A program made the translations under genes and the position numbers. Source: a virus (taxonomy: Duplodnaviria > Caudoviricetes). From it: DNA of 52,385 bases. Shown here in pieces: positions 1 through 7,236 of this stretch. Positions within the stretch are counted from its first letter, which is position 1, and each line of letters begins with the position of its first letter. The stretch is from IMG/VR virus record IMGVR_UViG_3300044691_000213, positions 1-52,385 of that record. The stretch is one strand, 5' to 3'. A model generated the notes under the pieces. The model had not been told where the DNA came from and did not search any database. It saw only the letters and a list, made by a program, of their open reading frames with translations.

Positions 1-167
1 CTCAGGTTGGTGCCGCTCAGGTTGGTGCCGCGCAGGTCGGTGCCGCGCAGGTTGGCGCCGCTCAGGTCGGCGTCGCGCAGGTCGGTGAAGCTCAGGTTGG
101 TGCCGCGCAGGTCGGTGCCGCTCAGGTTGGTGCCGCGCAGGTCGGTGCCGCTCAGGTCGGTGCCGCT
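1..167. repeat. 15-bp tandem repeat, consensus C(T/G)CAGGT(T/C)GGTGCCG, encoding pentapeptide repeats
   Basis: About 11 contiguous imperfect 15-mers visible at the window start. Confidence 0.95.
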
Positions 168-284
168 CTTCGCCGCGATCTCAACCGCCGCCCGCATCCG
201 ATACTGCGGAAGCGTATCTTCCGGGATTTCGATTTTCAGAGAGGGCCGTGAGACCCAAGGGCGAAATGTTATGAGCTGCTTCAT
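1..284 (-). CDS. Pentapeptide-repeat protein, N-terminal part (runs off left edge)
   Basis: Manual translation from ATG at 284 (GGAG RBS upstream): [40 protein letters not shown] followed by [15 protein letters not shown] repeats; not in the ORF track because it is truncated. Confidence 0.88.
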   Translation of the reverse strand, partial: MKQLITFRPWVSRPSLKIEIPEDTLPQYRMRAAVEIAAKSGTDLSGTDLRGTNLSGTDLRGTNLSFTDLRDADLSGANLRGTDLRGTNLSGTNL

Positions 285-353
285 GGTGGGGTCTCCCATC
301 GTCTGCGCCGGATGCGCTGTTGAGTTGATGTCGCGCTATATGGAAGACGATAC

Positions 354-390
354 AGGGCATCGTTGCCCCATGCAAGGGCATAATTGCCCT
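354..390. promoter_or_regulatory. Two operator palindromes AGGGCA-N4-TGCCC(C/T) (OL-like)
   Basis: AGGGCATCGTTGCCCC at 354-369 and AGGGCATAATTGCCCT at 375-390, upstream of the leftward early operon; same motif recurs at 1129-1144. Confidence 0.8.
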
Positions 391-593
391 ATCGCGTGAT
401 TTTCCGCCGTGGTATAAATCTGCGGTGGTGTGATGCTTTTGTTAAGCATGCAAGACGCAACATGGCACCAAGCCGCGCAACGCTAGGCGGCTCGGGCGTA
501 AATATACCAGGGTGGAAAGCTAGCAATGGTTGATGCAAGAACAGCGCGTCGGCTGCTGGAAATCTGTCTTCAGCACCGCTCGCGGCAGAAATC

Positions 594-1097
594 CTATTTG
601 ACCGGCGTAGCCGCTAAGGCCGCCATCACGGCCTCTGCCGTATCTGCGGCGTCGGAGGCCGACTGTTCGTCGGATTTGCCGTCCAGGGAGAACTTTTCCA
701 GCAACCGGTAAACCTGGGCAGCAGCGCTGGATTCGAAGATATCCGCATCATCTGAATTGTCGAAGCCGGTTCGCGCCATGACCGATCGCGTGATCGAGAG
801 GGCTTGGCGCAATCGGTCGGCATTGATCAGCGACGGATATTTGACGCCCGCATTCGAGGCCGGCTCAAGAAGCTCGGCGATAGATATCCCGAGCTTGCTG
901 GCGATGATTGCCAGGTTGCGCAGGGTGGGCCAATGCCCGTCGCGCAGGTTCTTGATCTGATGCGCAGATATGTCCGCACGTGCGCGCGCGGTGCTCTTGC
1001 TCTCGCCGAAGTTGGCTAGGGCAAGTTCGATCCGTTCGGCGATTAGCTGAGGGGTTATGTCAATCATGGGCCGGCAGTTTGCCACGTGCAGGTTCAT
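594..1097 (-). CDS. CI-like XRE-family HTH repressor (no obvious S24 peptidase domain)
   Basis: HTH segment STARARADISAHQIKNLRDGHWPTLRNLAIIASKLGISIAELL; divergent from a Cro-like gene; true start may be the second Met. Confidence 0.75.
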   Translation of the reverse strand: MNLHVANCRPMIDITPQLIAERIELALANFGESKSTARARADISAHQIKNLRDGHWPTLRNLAIIASKLGISIAELLEPASNAGVKYPSLINADRLRQALSITRSVMARTGFDNSDDADIFESSAAAQVYRLLEKFSLDGKSDEQSASDAADTAEAVMAALAATPVK

Positions 1098-1115
1098 TTT
1101 TCGCGCCTCTAAGTT

Positions 1116-1144
1116 TGCCCTTGATTATAGGGCACTTTTGCCCC
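1116..1144. promoter_or_regulatory. OR-like operator: AGGGCACTTTTGCCCC plus adjacent half-site TGCCCT
   Basis: Full site at 1129-1144 and half-site at 1116-1121 in the cI-cro intergenic gap. Confidence 0.78.
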
Positions 1145-1156
1145 ATTATCGGTTTC

Positions 1157-1396
1157 ATGGAAACCAGGGACACAATCGTTGCGCGCTTCGCGGCGACGCT
1201 CGAACAGATCGGATGCTCCGAAAGGTTCTTCGGTGATCGGGCTGTTGGCGATCACAAATTCATGCATCGCCTCCGGCATTCATCCGTGACGCTTTCTCGG
1301 ATCGAGCGCGCCGAGCAATGGCTTTCCGATCGTGTCCGGCTCGGCGATTTCGCTCAAATAAAGCGCGCCGGCAAAATCGCGAGGATTGCGGAATGA
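1157..1396 (+). CDS. Cro-like small HTH protein
   Basis: METRDTIVARF...SERFFGDRAVGDHKFMHRLR...TLSRIERAEQWL resembles alphaproteobacterial small HTH regulators; divergent from the repressor. Confidence 0.7.
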   Translation: METRDTIVARFAATLEQIGCSERFFGDRAVGDHKFMHRLRHSSVTLSRIERAEQWLSDRVRLGDFAQIKRAGKIARIAE

Positions 1397-1491
1397 CCTG
1401 CATTGACCTGTTTCTCGAATTCTGGGCGGCCGCCAATCTCGTCGGTATCGCCCATTTCGGCCTCGTCGTGATGTTCGATCGCGGCTCCTGA
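1393..1491 (+). CDS. Possible 32-aa hydrophobic peptide
   Basis: ATGA overlap with the cro stop; MTCIDLFLEFWAAANLVGIAHFGLVVMFDRGS. Confidence 0.3.
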   Translation: MTCIDLFLEFWAAANLVGIAHFGLVVMFDRGS

Positions 1492-1536
1492 CTTTCTCCC
1501 TGCCCGTGGGTGATTTCCACCCTCCCACGGAACTTG

Positions 1537-1578
1537 CCGGCGGCGCGGCAATGTCGTTGCCGCCGGTCTTTTCTTCTC
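1537..1578 (+). terminator. Putative tR1-like intrinsic terminator
   Basis: CCGGCGGC...GCCGCCGG stem followed by TCTTTTCTT. Confidence 0.45.
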
Positions 1579-1661
1579 TCTCATTTCGCCTCGTTTTACT
1601 ACGCATCACGGAAACCCCAGTTCGTTTCAACCCCTCTAGCATCTGAGAAGGAGCGCGTGAA

Positions 1662-2579
1662 ATGTCGAAAATATCATGCGGAATTCCCTCACGCGCCGCA
1701 GTTGATCTCTCGGATTTCACGCCATCCGGCTTACGTGAATACATGGTTGCAAGTATCGATGCCCTTCTACGGCAGATCCCCGGAAATTCGATCAATGAAA
1801 AAATGCCGACTATCTGCCGAGCCCTTGGTTTTCGAGAGGGTCGCGTCAACGAATATCGTCATCGCAAAATCAATAGGCCCTACGCCGATGAGGTGTGGGC
1901 CGTAATCAATCACGCGGAGCGGGTTGCTGCCGGCAATGTTCGGCGCGCAGAACTGCGTCGCAATAACGAGGATCTCAAAAATGCATTTTCTGGGATGGGT
2001 GATCAGGCTGAATGCCAAGCTGCACTATTACGCATCGCTGGCGATGACGCGATTCAGCGAAATGTCGGCGGCAGTTGCCAAGAGTTGGCAGGAGCGCACG
2101 GCATTCCTCATTCTGCGCTCGGTCGCTTTGCGGGAGGAGTCCTCGATGTCCAAGAAATCGGCATCGACGGCGCAAGACATTCCCATCAGCGCATCATCGA
2201 AGCGATCGGCCAAACGGCGGGCGAGTTCACGCTAGCCGTTTCCGAAGAAATGGAACGGCTCGGCCTCGCCGATCTAACGTGGCTCTACCGCGCAGAAGAG
2301 GCCCTTCCGACGCTCCATGTTGGTAACGGCATCAACATCCTGTCGGCAGAGGACCGCGCTCGGATCGTGGGAAACCCCATTGCCGAACAGCCCTTGCCGC
2401 CCGCACTCCTGTCGCTCGTGTCCGCGCACCTGCACGCATGCATGCACGAGAAGGCGCGGCCCACGGTCCATCGGATCAAGGCGTCCATCGGCGGCCGCAT
2501 CCATGTCTACGATCGTCTCGCCGTGCACTTTCCGAGAAGCCATCTGGTTGCCAGTGCGTGCGCGATGGTGGCGGCATGA
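1662..2579 (+). CDS. Regulator in cII position: N-terminal HTH-like region, coiled linker, C-terminal PAS-like domain
   Basis: AAGGAG RBS; ICRALGFREGRVNEYRHRK is HTH-like; C-terminus HVGNG...VGNPIAEQP...RPTVHRIKASIGGRIHVYDRLAVHF resembles PAS_5-like folds. Confidence 0.5.
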   Translation: MSKISCGIPSRAAVDLSDFTPSGLREYMVASIDALLRQIPGNSINEKMPTICRALGFREGRVNEYRHRKINRPYADEVWAVINHAERVAAGNVRRAELRRNNEDLKNAFSGMGDQAECQAALLRIAGDDAIQRNVGGSCQELAGAHGIPHSALGRFAGGVLDVQEIGIDGARHSHQRIIEAIGQTAGEFTLAVSEEMERLGLADLTWLYRAEEALPTLHVGNGINILSAEDRARIVGNPIAEQPLPPALLSLVSAHLHACMHEKARPTVHRIKASIGGRIHVYDRLAVHFPRSHLVASACAMVAA

Positions 2580-3214
2580 GTGCTCGGGACTGGTTCGCAA
2601 CCCACGGCATCTCGCTCCGACGAACGTCATTCCTCGATCTCGTTCAGGCGCGCAGGGCGGCATCGGAACTCTATGATGCCGCGCCGATCTTCCCGACGTT
2701 CGATCCGACGCGGACGAATATCGAGGGGATTGCGTGGGTCGGAACGCGGGGTGGCGCGCTCATGGCGACCGGCGCCGCAGTCATCCGGGAATGTCCGAAT
2801 GGCCTGAAGCGTGCCGTCGATGATCTGTCGCTGTTCAGTGATCTCGTGACGCCCGGCGAATTCGCCAGCCTGCATGGCGAGACAGCCATGCTCGATCACG
2901 TCACGGACCGCATTGTGGTTGCCGGCGCCGTGTGGCGCGCTCCGGAGGCTGGCGGCGGCTTCCTGGCGGCGTTCTGGCCCATCCTCGTTCGAGCGTCAAT
3001 CGAAGACCTGGGCGCGGACTGGATTGTCGGGATGATCCGCGGCGGCAAGCATGAGGCCATCGGATTTCGAATCGAGGGCTTCCGCCATTTCTGGGAGGGC
3101 GTGAGCTACCGCGATCCGGATTGGGGCGGTGGCTATCAGACCGACGATTTCGTGCTCTGCGCCATGAGCCGCCGGGAGGCACTTGAAAGGGTGCTGGGAC
3201 GCGAGACTGGCTGA
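2576..3214 (+). CDS. Putative GNAT/acyltransferase-fold protein (distantly LuxI/FeeM-like)
   Basis: ATGA-coupled to the upstream gene; FPTFDP...AWVG...ATGAA...GAVWRAPEAGGGFLA (motif-A-like)...ADWIVG...EGF pattern. Confidence 0.45.
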   Translation: MSARDWFATHGISLRRTSFLDLVQARRAASELYDAAPIFPTFDPTRTNIEGIAWVGTRGGALMATGAAVIRECPNGLKRAVDDLSLFSDLVTPGEFASLHGETAMLDHVTDRIVVAGAVWRAPEAGGGFLAAFWPILVRASIEDLGADWIVGMIRGGKHEAIGFRIEGFRHFWEGVSYRDPDWGGGYQTDDFVLCAMSRREALERVLGRETG

Positions 3215-3259
3215 CCGAACCCCAGCGCCGCATGGGTTCTTGCGGCACCCTCCAAACTC

Positions 3260-3307
3260 TCCCCGCGCATGTGTCAGCGCATGCTGCCATGCGCGGGGGC
3301 CTTTTCT
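3260..3307 (+). terminator. Long GC hairpin with T-tail (putative terminator)
   Basis: CCCCGCGCATG...CATGCGCGGGG followed by CTTTTCT. Confidence 0.45.
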
Positions 3308-3322
3308 ACCTCGGAGATTTGC

Positions 3323-3820
3323 GTGATCACCTTCGATCGAGCCCAGGAGATTGTTTCTTACGATCCAAAAACCGGAATTTTCCGGTGGGAGAAGCCTGCG
3401 CATTACTTTGGTTCCAAAGGCGATATCGCCGGATACACGCAAAAGGAGCCAGACAATTATGTAATTCTTGGTTTAGACGGGAGAAACTATAAGGCTCACC
3501 GCGTCGCATGGTTGCTGATGACCGGTACGTGGCCCGATTCATCCTTGGCTGTAGATCACATAGACCGAAATCCTTCGAATAACGCATGGCCCAATCTCCG
3601 ATTAGCGACCCCGAGGCAGAACCGGCTCAATTCGCGGGTGATGTCCAATTCGACCTCTGGGCTGAAGGGTGCCGAAAAGGCGCGCAGAGGAAGATGGGCG
3701 GCGAGGATCACGGTTGATGGCGTCCGGATCAGATTGGGTCAATACGGCACTCCCGAGGAAGCGCACGCGGCCTATCGGGTGGCCGCAGTCAAGTACTTCG
3801 GAGATCGTGCTGGATTCTAG
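3323..3820 (+). CDS. HNH homing endonuclease with C-terminal AP2 domain
   Basis: YKAHRVAW...VDHIDRNPSNNAWPNLRLAT...N; C-terminal RWAARITVDGVRIRLGQYGTPEEAHAAY; GTG start after GGAG. Confidence 0.92.
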   Translation: MITFDRAQEIVSYDPKTGIFRWEKPAHYFGSKGDIAGYTQKEPDNYVILGLDGRNYKAHRVAWLLMTGTWPDSSLAVDHIDRNPSNNAWPNLRLATPRQNRLNSRVMSNSTSGLKGAEKARRGRWAARITVDGVRIRLGQYGTPEEAHAAYRVAAVKYFGDRAGF

Positions 3821-4004
3821 CGCCACCAGCAATATTCGCCCTTCCCAACCTCGCTAGGTGCGCCCTGCGAGGCCGAGGCGTCAGAGAGTGCCGTGTCCTG
3901 GCGCGGGGCCACTGAAGGCTAGTGACTACGCCCCTTCCTGCTCCCGGTTTAAAGGCACCTTCGCATACGGCGCTCTCGCACCATTCGTTCAAGGAGGACA
4001 GACC

Positions 4005-4175
4005 ATGTGTATCGCCGCAACCGCCAGCAGGCGCCGAGCCCAATGCGCGAATGGATATCGCCATATCGATAAGATGAAGCGCCCCCATTACTCCAAGATC
4101 GACAGCGGCATTTCTGCCCAACGCATGGCGCAGCGCATCGCGACCGAGAAGCGCATTCGCCAAGGCAAGAAATAG
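4005..4175 (+). CDS. Small basic hypothetical protein
   Basis: Strong AGGAGG RBS before ATG at 4005. Confidence 0.55.
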   Translation: MCIAATASRRRAQCANGYRHIDKMKRPHYSKIDSGISAQRMAQRIATEKRIRQGKK

Positions 4176-4209
4176 TCGATCGAAGCTTAATTCCCCGGAG
4201 ACAATCACC

Positions 4210-4503
4210 ATGGCAACACCCACATCCGGACAGGTCGGCGGCATCGCGGCGGACCAACTGCGCGCCATCATCGATCGGTTGGAGCGGCTTGAGGCCGAGC
4301 GCAAGGCCCTAGCCGACGATATTTCCGACATTTATTCAGAATCCAAGGGCAACGGGTTCTGCAATAAGACAATCAAAAAGATCATCGCCATGCGTCGCAA
4401 GGACAGCGCCACGCTCGATGAAGAACAGATGATGCTCGATGTTTATTGCAGGGCAATCGGCATGGGCCCGGACTTCGAATCCGACGAGCAAGAGGCTGCC
4501 TGA
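4210..4503 (+). CDS. gapR: GapR-like nucleoid-associated protein (DUF2312/UPF0335)
   Basis: IAADQLRAIIDRLERLEAERKALADDISDIYSESKGNGF...IIAMRRKD...EEQMMLDVYCRAIGM is the characteristic DUF2312 pattern. Confidence 0.9.
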   Translation: MATPTSGQVGGIAADQLRAIIDRLERLEAERKALADDISDIYSESKGNGFCNKTIKKIIAMRRKDSATLDEEQMMLDVYCRAIGMGPDFESDEQEAA

Positions 4504-4505
4504 TC

Positions 4506-4709
4506 ATGGCCGTCATGGACGCCGAGATCCGAGACGCGATCTACACCGCATCATCCGTAGGACTGCGGGGAGATGGCTACATGCGATCCGTATTGCCGAG
4601 CGATGCGCAGATCAATCTCCAGACCGCGCGCCTGGTGCGGTTCCTGTCCGAGCTCGACGGCGACCTGACGGTATCGGACTTGCTCGAACAGATGCGGGGC
4701 GATGAGTGA
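4506..4709 (+). CDS. Hypothetical protein
   Basis: Fills the operon between tightly packed neighbours. Confidence 0.6.
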   Translation: MAVMDAEIRDAIYTASSVGLRGDGYMRSVLPSDAQINLQTARLVRFLSELDGDLTVSDLLEQMRGDE

Positions 4710-5065
4710 TGGCTTGCGAGCGCGAGATCCAAGCGGCCGTGGCGCAGTTCCTAAACTTCGCGCTCCCTGCCGACGCCATGTTTCATCACAGTCCGATGGA
4801 AGGCAAGCGCGGCTGGAAAGCCCAAGCAGACCTGAAGTCGAGCGGTGCCCAGGCCGGGTTCCCTGATATCGTCATTCTGTGGCAGGGCAGGGCCTTCACG
4901 ATCGAGTTGAAGGCGCCGAAGAAATACCTCTCACCAGTTCAGAAGGTTGCCCATCGGCGACTTGAAAAGGCCGGCATCCCTATCCGCGTCTGCCATAGCG
5001 TGACCGAAGTCGCGATGACCCTGGCCGACTGGTCCATCCCGTTGTCCGCGCGTGTCGCAGCGTGA
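4709..5065 (+). CDS. VRR-NUC domain nuclease
   Basis: EREIQ...GAQAGFPDIVIL...IELKAPKKYLSPVQK PD-(D/E)xK motif. Confidence 0.88.
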   Translation: MACEREIQAAVAQFLNFALPADAMFHHSPMEGKRGWKAQADLKSSGAQAGFPDIVILWQGRAFTIELKAPKKYLSPVQKVAHRRLEKAGIPIRVCHSVTEVAMTLADWSIPLSARVAA

Positions 5066-5277
5066 GCAACCGTCCCCACACCCAGATCAAGCCGCCCAAG
5101 CGCTCCGCCCGCGCCGATCGGGAATCCGCGTTCGCCCAAGCCGACAACGATCTCCTGGCCGCTGCCCGATGTGAAGGACAGCGCGCCGCCTATTCACATG
5201 CTCTCGATCTCGCCCGGGAGTATCCATCCTCCTGCGCGGCTGAGATCGAAAGCGTCCTCCATGAACTTCCGAGATGA
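5062..5277 (+). CDS. Hypothetical protein
   Basis: GTGA overlap with the VRR-NUC gene. Confidence 0.55.
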   Translation: MSNRPHTQIKPPKRSARADRESAFAQADNDLLAAARCEGQRAAYSHALDLAREYPSSCAAEIESVLHELPR

Positions 5278-5746
5278 TGGGAGCATTTTGATGAACTTCA
5301 AGGAAGCCAAAGACCTCGGCGCCGTCCATTACGATGGGGCGCCATGCAAGGCCTGTGGCAACACCCTCCGATACACGTCGACCTATGGCTGCGTCATGTG
5401 CAAGCGGACAGGAAAGACGACGCTAACCGCCATATCCGCCGAGAAGCAGCAGGAACAAGCGCTCCGCGATGCCGCCGCCAAACTCGGGCAGCAGCGCTAC
5501 CAGGGGCGTGATTGCCTGCATGCCCATGGCGGCCTGCGCTACTCGACAAACGGCGCCTGTGTGGCATGTCGACGAATGGTCGAGGTCGCGGCCAACGAAC
5601 GAAAGAAGGCCGAGCGCGAGGTGCAGAAGCAGCGTCGCAAAGCCCCCCCCATAGCCCGTCCCAATCCGACCCCGGATATGAATGGTTGGGTCTCCTGCAT
5701 CAAGCCTCCCACCCTCGCAATGCTCATGGGGAGGCGTGCACCATGA
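5261..5746 (+). CDS. Cys/His-rich putative zinc-finger protein (two repeats)
   Basis: YDGAPCKACGNTLRYTSTYGCVMC and YQGRDCLHAHGGLRYSTNGACVAC. Confidence 0.65.
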   Translation: MNFRDDGSILMNFKEAKDLGAVHYDGAPCKACGNTLRYTSTYGCVMCKRTGKTTLTAISAEKQQEQALRDAAAKLGQQRYQGRDCLHAHGGLRYSTNGACVACRRMVEVAANERKKAEREVQKQRRKAPPIARPNPTPDMNGWVSCIKPPTLAMLMGRRAP

Positions 5747-6123
5747 CCAGAGAAGAAGCGCGCCTCGCCGGCCTGACGCGATACAACAGCGGCAAACCAT
5801 GCCGCTACGGGCACGAGCCGATCTACTCGGTCCATAATTATTCATGCTGTGAATGCAAGCGCGTCCGCGAGATCGCCAGATATGCGGAGAAACGCGCCGG
5901 CCAGCAACCGACGCCGCCTCGTGCCAAGACCGCATCACCGAACATGACGCCGTCGCATCTGCGCCAGGCTGCGGCGAAGGGTTCGAAAAAAGCCGCATCA
6001 CACGGCGACGGGCGGCACGAGCATATCGTGGCCGAGGCCAACGCAATTCTAGCGCTCCCTCCGAACCCCGACTTCATCGCTAGGGCTGAGGCTCGCATAC
6101 AGGCCGCGAGGGCCGGATCGTGA
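5743..6123 (+). CDS. Cys/His-rich putative zinc-finger protein (one repeat)
   Basis: MTREEARLAGLTRYNSGKPCRYGHEPIYSVHNYSCCEC; ATGA overlap, GGAGG RBS. Confidence 0.65.
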   Translation: MTREEARLAGLTRYNSGKPCRYGHEPIYSVHNYSCCECKRVREIARYAEKRAGQQPTPPRAKTASPNMTPSHLRQAAAKGSKKAASHGDGRHEHIVAEANAILALPPNPDFIARAEARIQAARAGS

Positions 6124-6371
6124 AAGCCCACACCTTCACCCCAGACGCCGCAGCCCGAGAGGCCGACCTCCTGGCCTGGAATAATCTCGGCAAGGCGTTT
6201 GACGACCGAGCCGCCGCAAAGGCGAAGCGCGCCGCCTCCGTCATCGAATGCCGATGGCTCAAGCATGGCGATTCCGTGCCAGAGGGATGGAGTGTGTCTT
6301 CCAAGGATCCGGCTATTCTGAAGCACCACGGAGCGTATTGCGTGCTGATCGAACGGACGGTGTCGGCATGA
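6120..6371 (+). CDS. Hypothetical protein
   Basis: Overlap-coupled on both sides. Confidence 0.6.
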   Translation: MKAHTFTPDAAAREADLLAWNNLGKAFDDRAAAKAKRAASVIECRWLKHGDSVPEGWSVSSKDPAILKHHGAYCVLIERTVSA

Positions 6372-6967
6372 TCGAGCACGACATCGCTACGGCCATCAGC
6401 GCCGGCCAGAAATGGCAGATCATCCTGGCAGATCCGCCGTGGAGGTTCGCCACCTACTCGACCAAGGGTGAGGGCAAGTCGCCGCAGAAGCACTACGAAT
6501 GCCGGAGCATAGAGGAGATCTGCGCGCTTCAGGTTGCCCAGGTCGCGGACAAGAATTGCGCCATGCTGATCTGGTGCACCTGGCCGACGATCTTCATGGC
6601 CGAGAAGGTCATCAAAGCGTGGGGGTTCAAATATTCCGGCCTAGGATGGGAATGGATAAAGCGCAATCCCAAGACCGGGAAATATTCGTTTGGCGGGGGT
6701 TACGGCACTCGGAAAAACCTGGAGCCGTGCCTGCTTGCCCGACGCGGGTCGCCGAAGCTCTATAGCCGGTCCGAACGAGACTTCATGTTCGCTCCCCGTC
6801 GCGAGCACAGCAGGAAGCCCGACGAGCAATACGCCCGGATCGAACGGATGTACCGCGGCCCGAAGCTGGAGTTGTTCGCGCGTCAGGCCTGGCATGGATG
6901 GGACGCATTTGGTGATCAACTCGGTCTGTTCCAGCCAGAAGCGCGCCTGCCTGGAATTGCAGCATGA
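6368..6967 (+). CDS. MT-A70 family N6-adenine methyltransferase
   Basis: IILADPPW catalytic motif; WGFKY...W.K; EHSRKP...LELFAR...GWDAFG. Confidence 0.92.
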   Translation: MIEHDIATAISAGQKWQIILADPPWRFATYSTKGEGKSPQKHYECRSIEEICALQVAQVADKNCAMLIWCTWPTIFMAEKVIKAWGFKYSGLGWEWIKRNPKTGKYSFGGGYGTRKNLEPCLLARRGSPKLYSRSERDFMFAPRREHSRKPDEQYARIERMYRGPKLELFARQAWHGWDAFGDQLGLFQPEARLPGIAA

Positions 6968-7236
6968 CCACCTTCCCCAAGATCCACGCCGCTGTCGGAG
7001 AAAAGCTCCGCTGCACCAATGGTCATGAGGTGGCCCGTTTCCGCGAGCCCCTGATCGACGGCCAGCCCTTCGACGCCCCGCATCACCTGTCATCCTGGAT
7101 GATCTCCGACACGGACATACTCGTAGGACGATGCTCCTGCGGGTTGCCGTGGAGAGCGGGATATGGGGCATCAACTCAAGTTCGGGTTGGGAGTGAGTGG
7201 GTGCCGGTGGCTGCGGACGAGGGAGCGGGAGAATGA
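6964..7236 (+). CDS. Hypothetical protein (possible zinc ribbon)
   Basis: CTNGH...CSCG; overlap-coupled. Confidence 0.55.
   Translation: MTTFPKIHAAVGEKLRCTNGHEVARFREPLIDGQPFDAPHHLSSWMISDTDILVGRCSCGLPWRAGYGASTQVRVGSEWVPVAADEGAGE

Noticed and set aside
1-167. CRISPR array
   Set aside because: The 15-bp units are contiguous with no unique spacers and encode in-frame pentapeptide repeats; no cas genes.
3215-4000. Group I intron housing the HNH-AP2 endonuclease
   Set aside because: The flanking genes appear complete and I cannot identify P/Q/R/S core elements; a free-standing endonuclease is the simpler reading.
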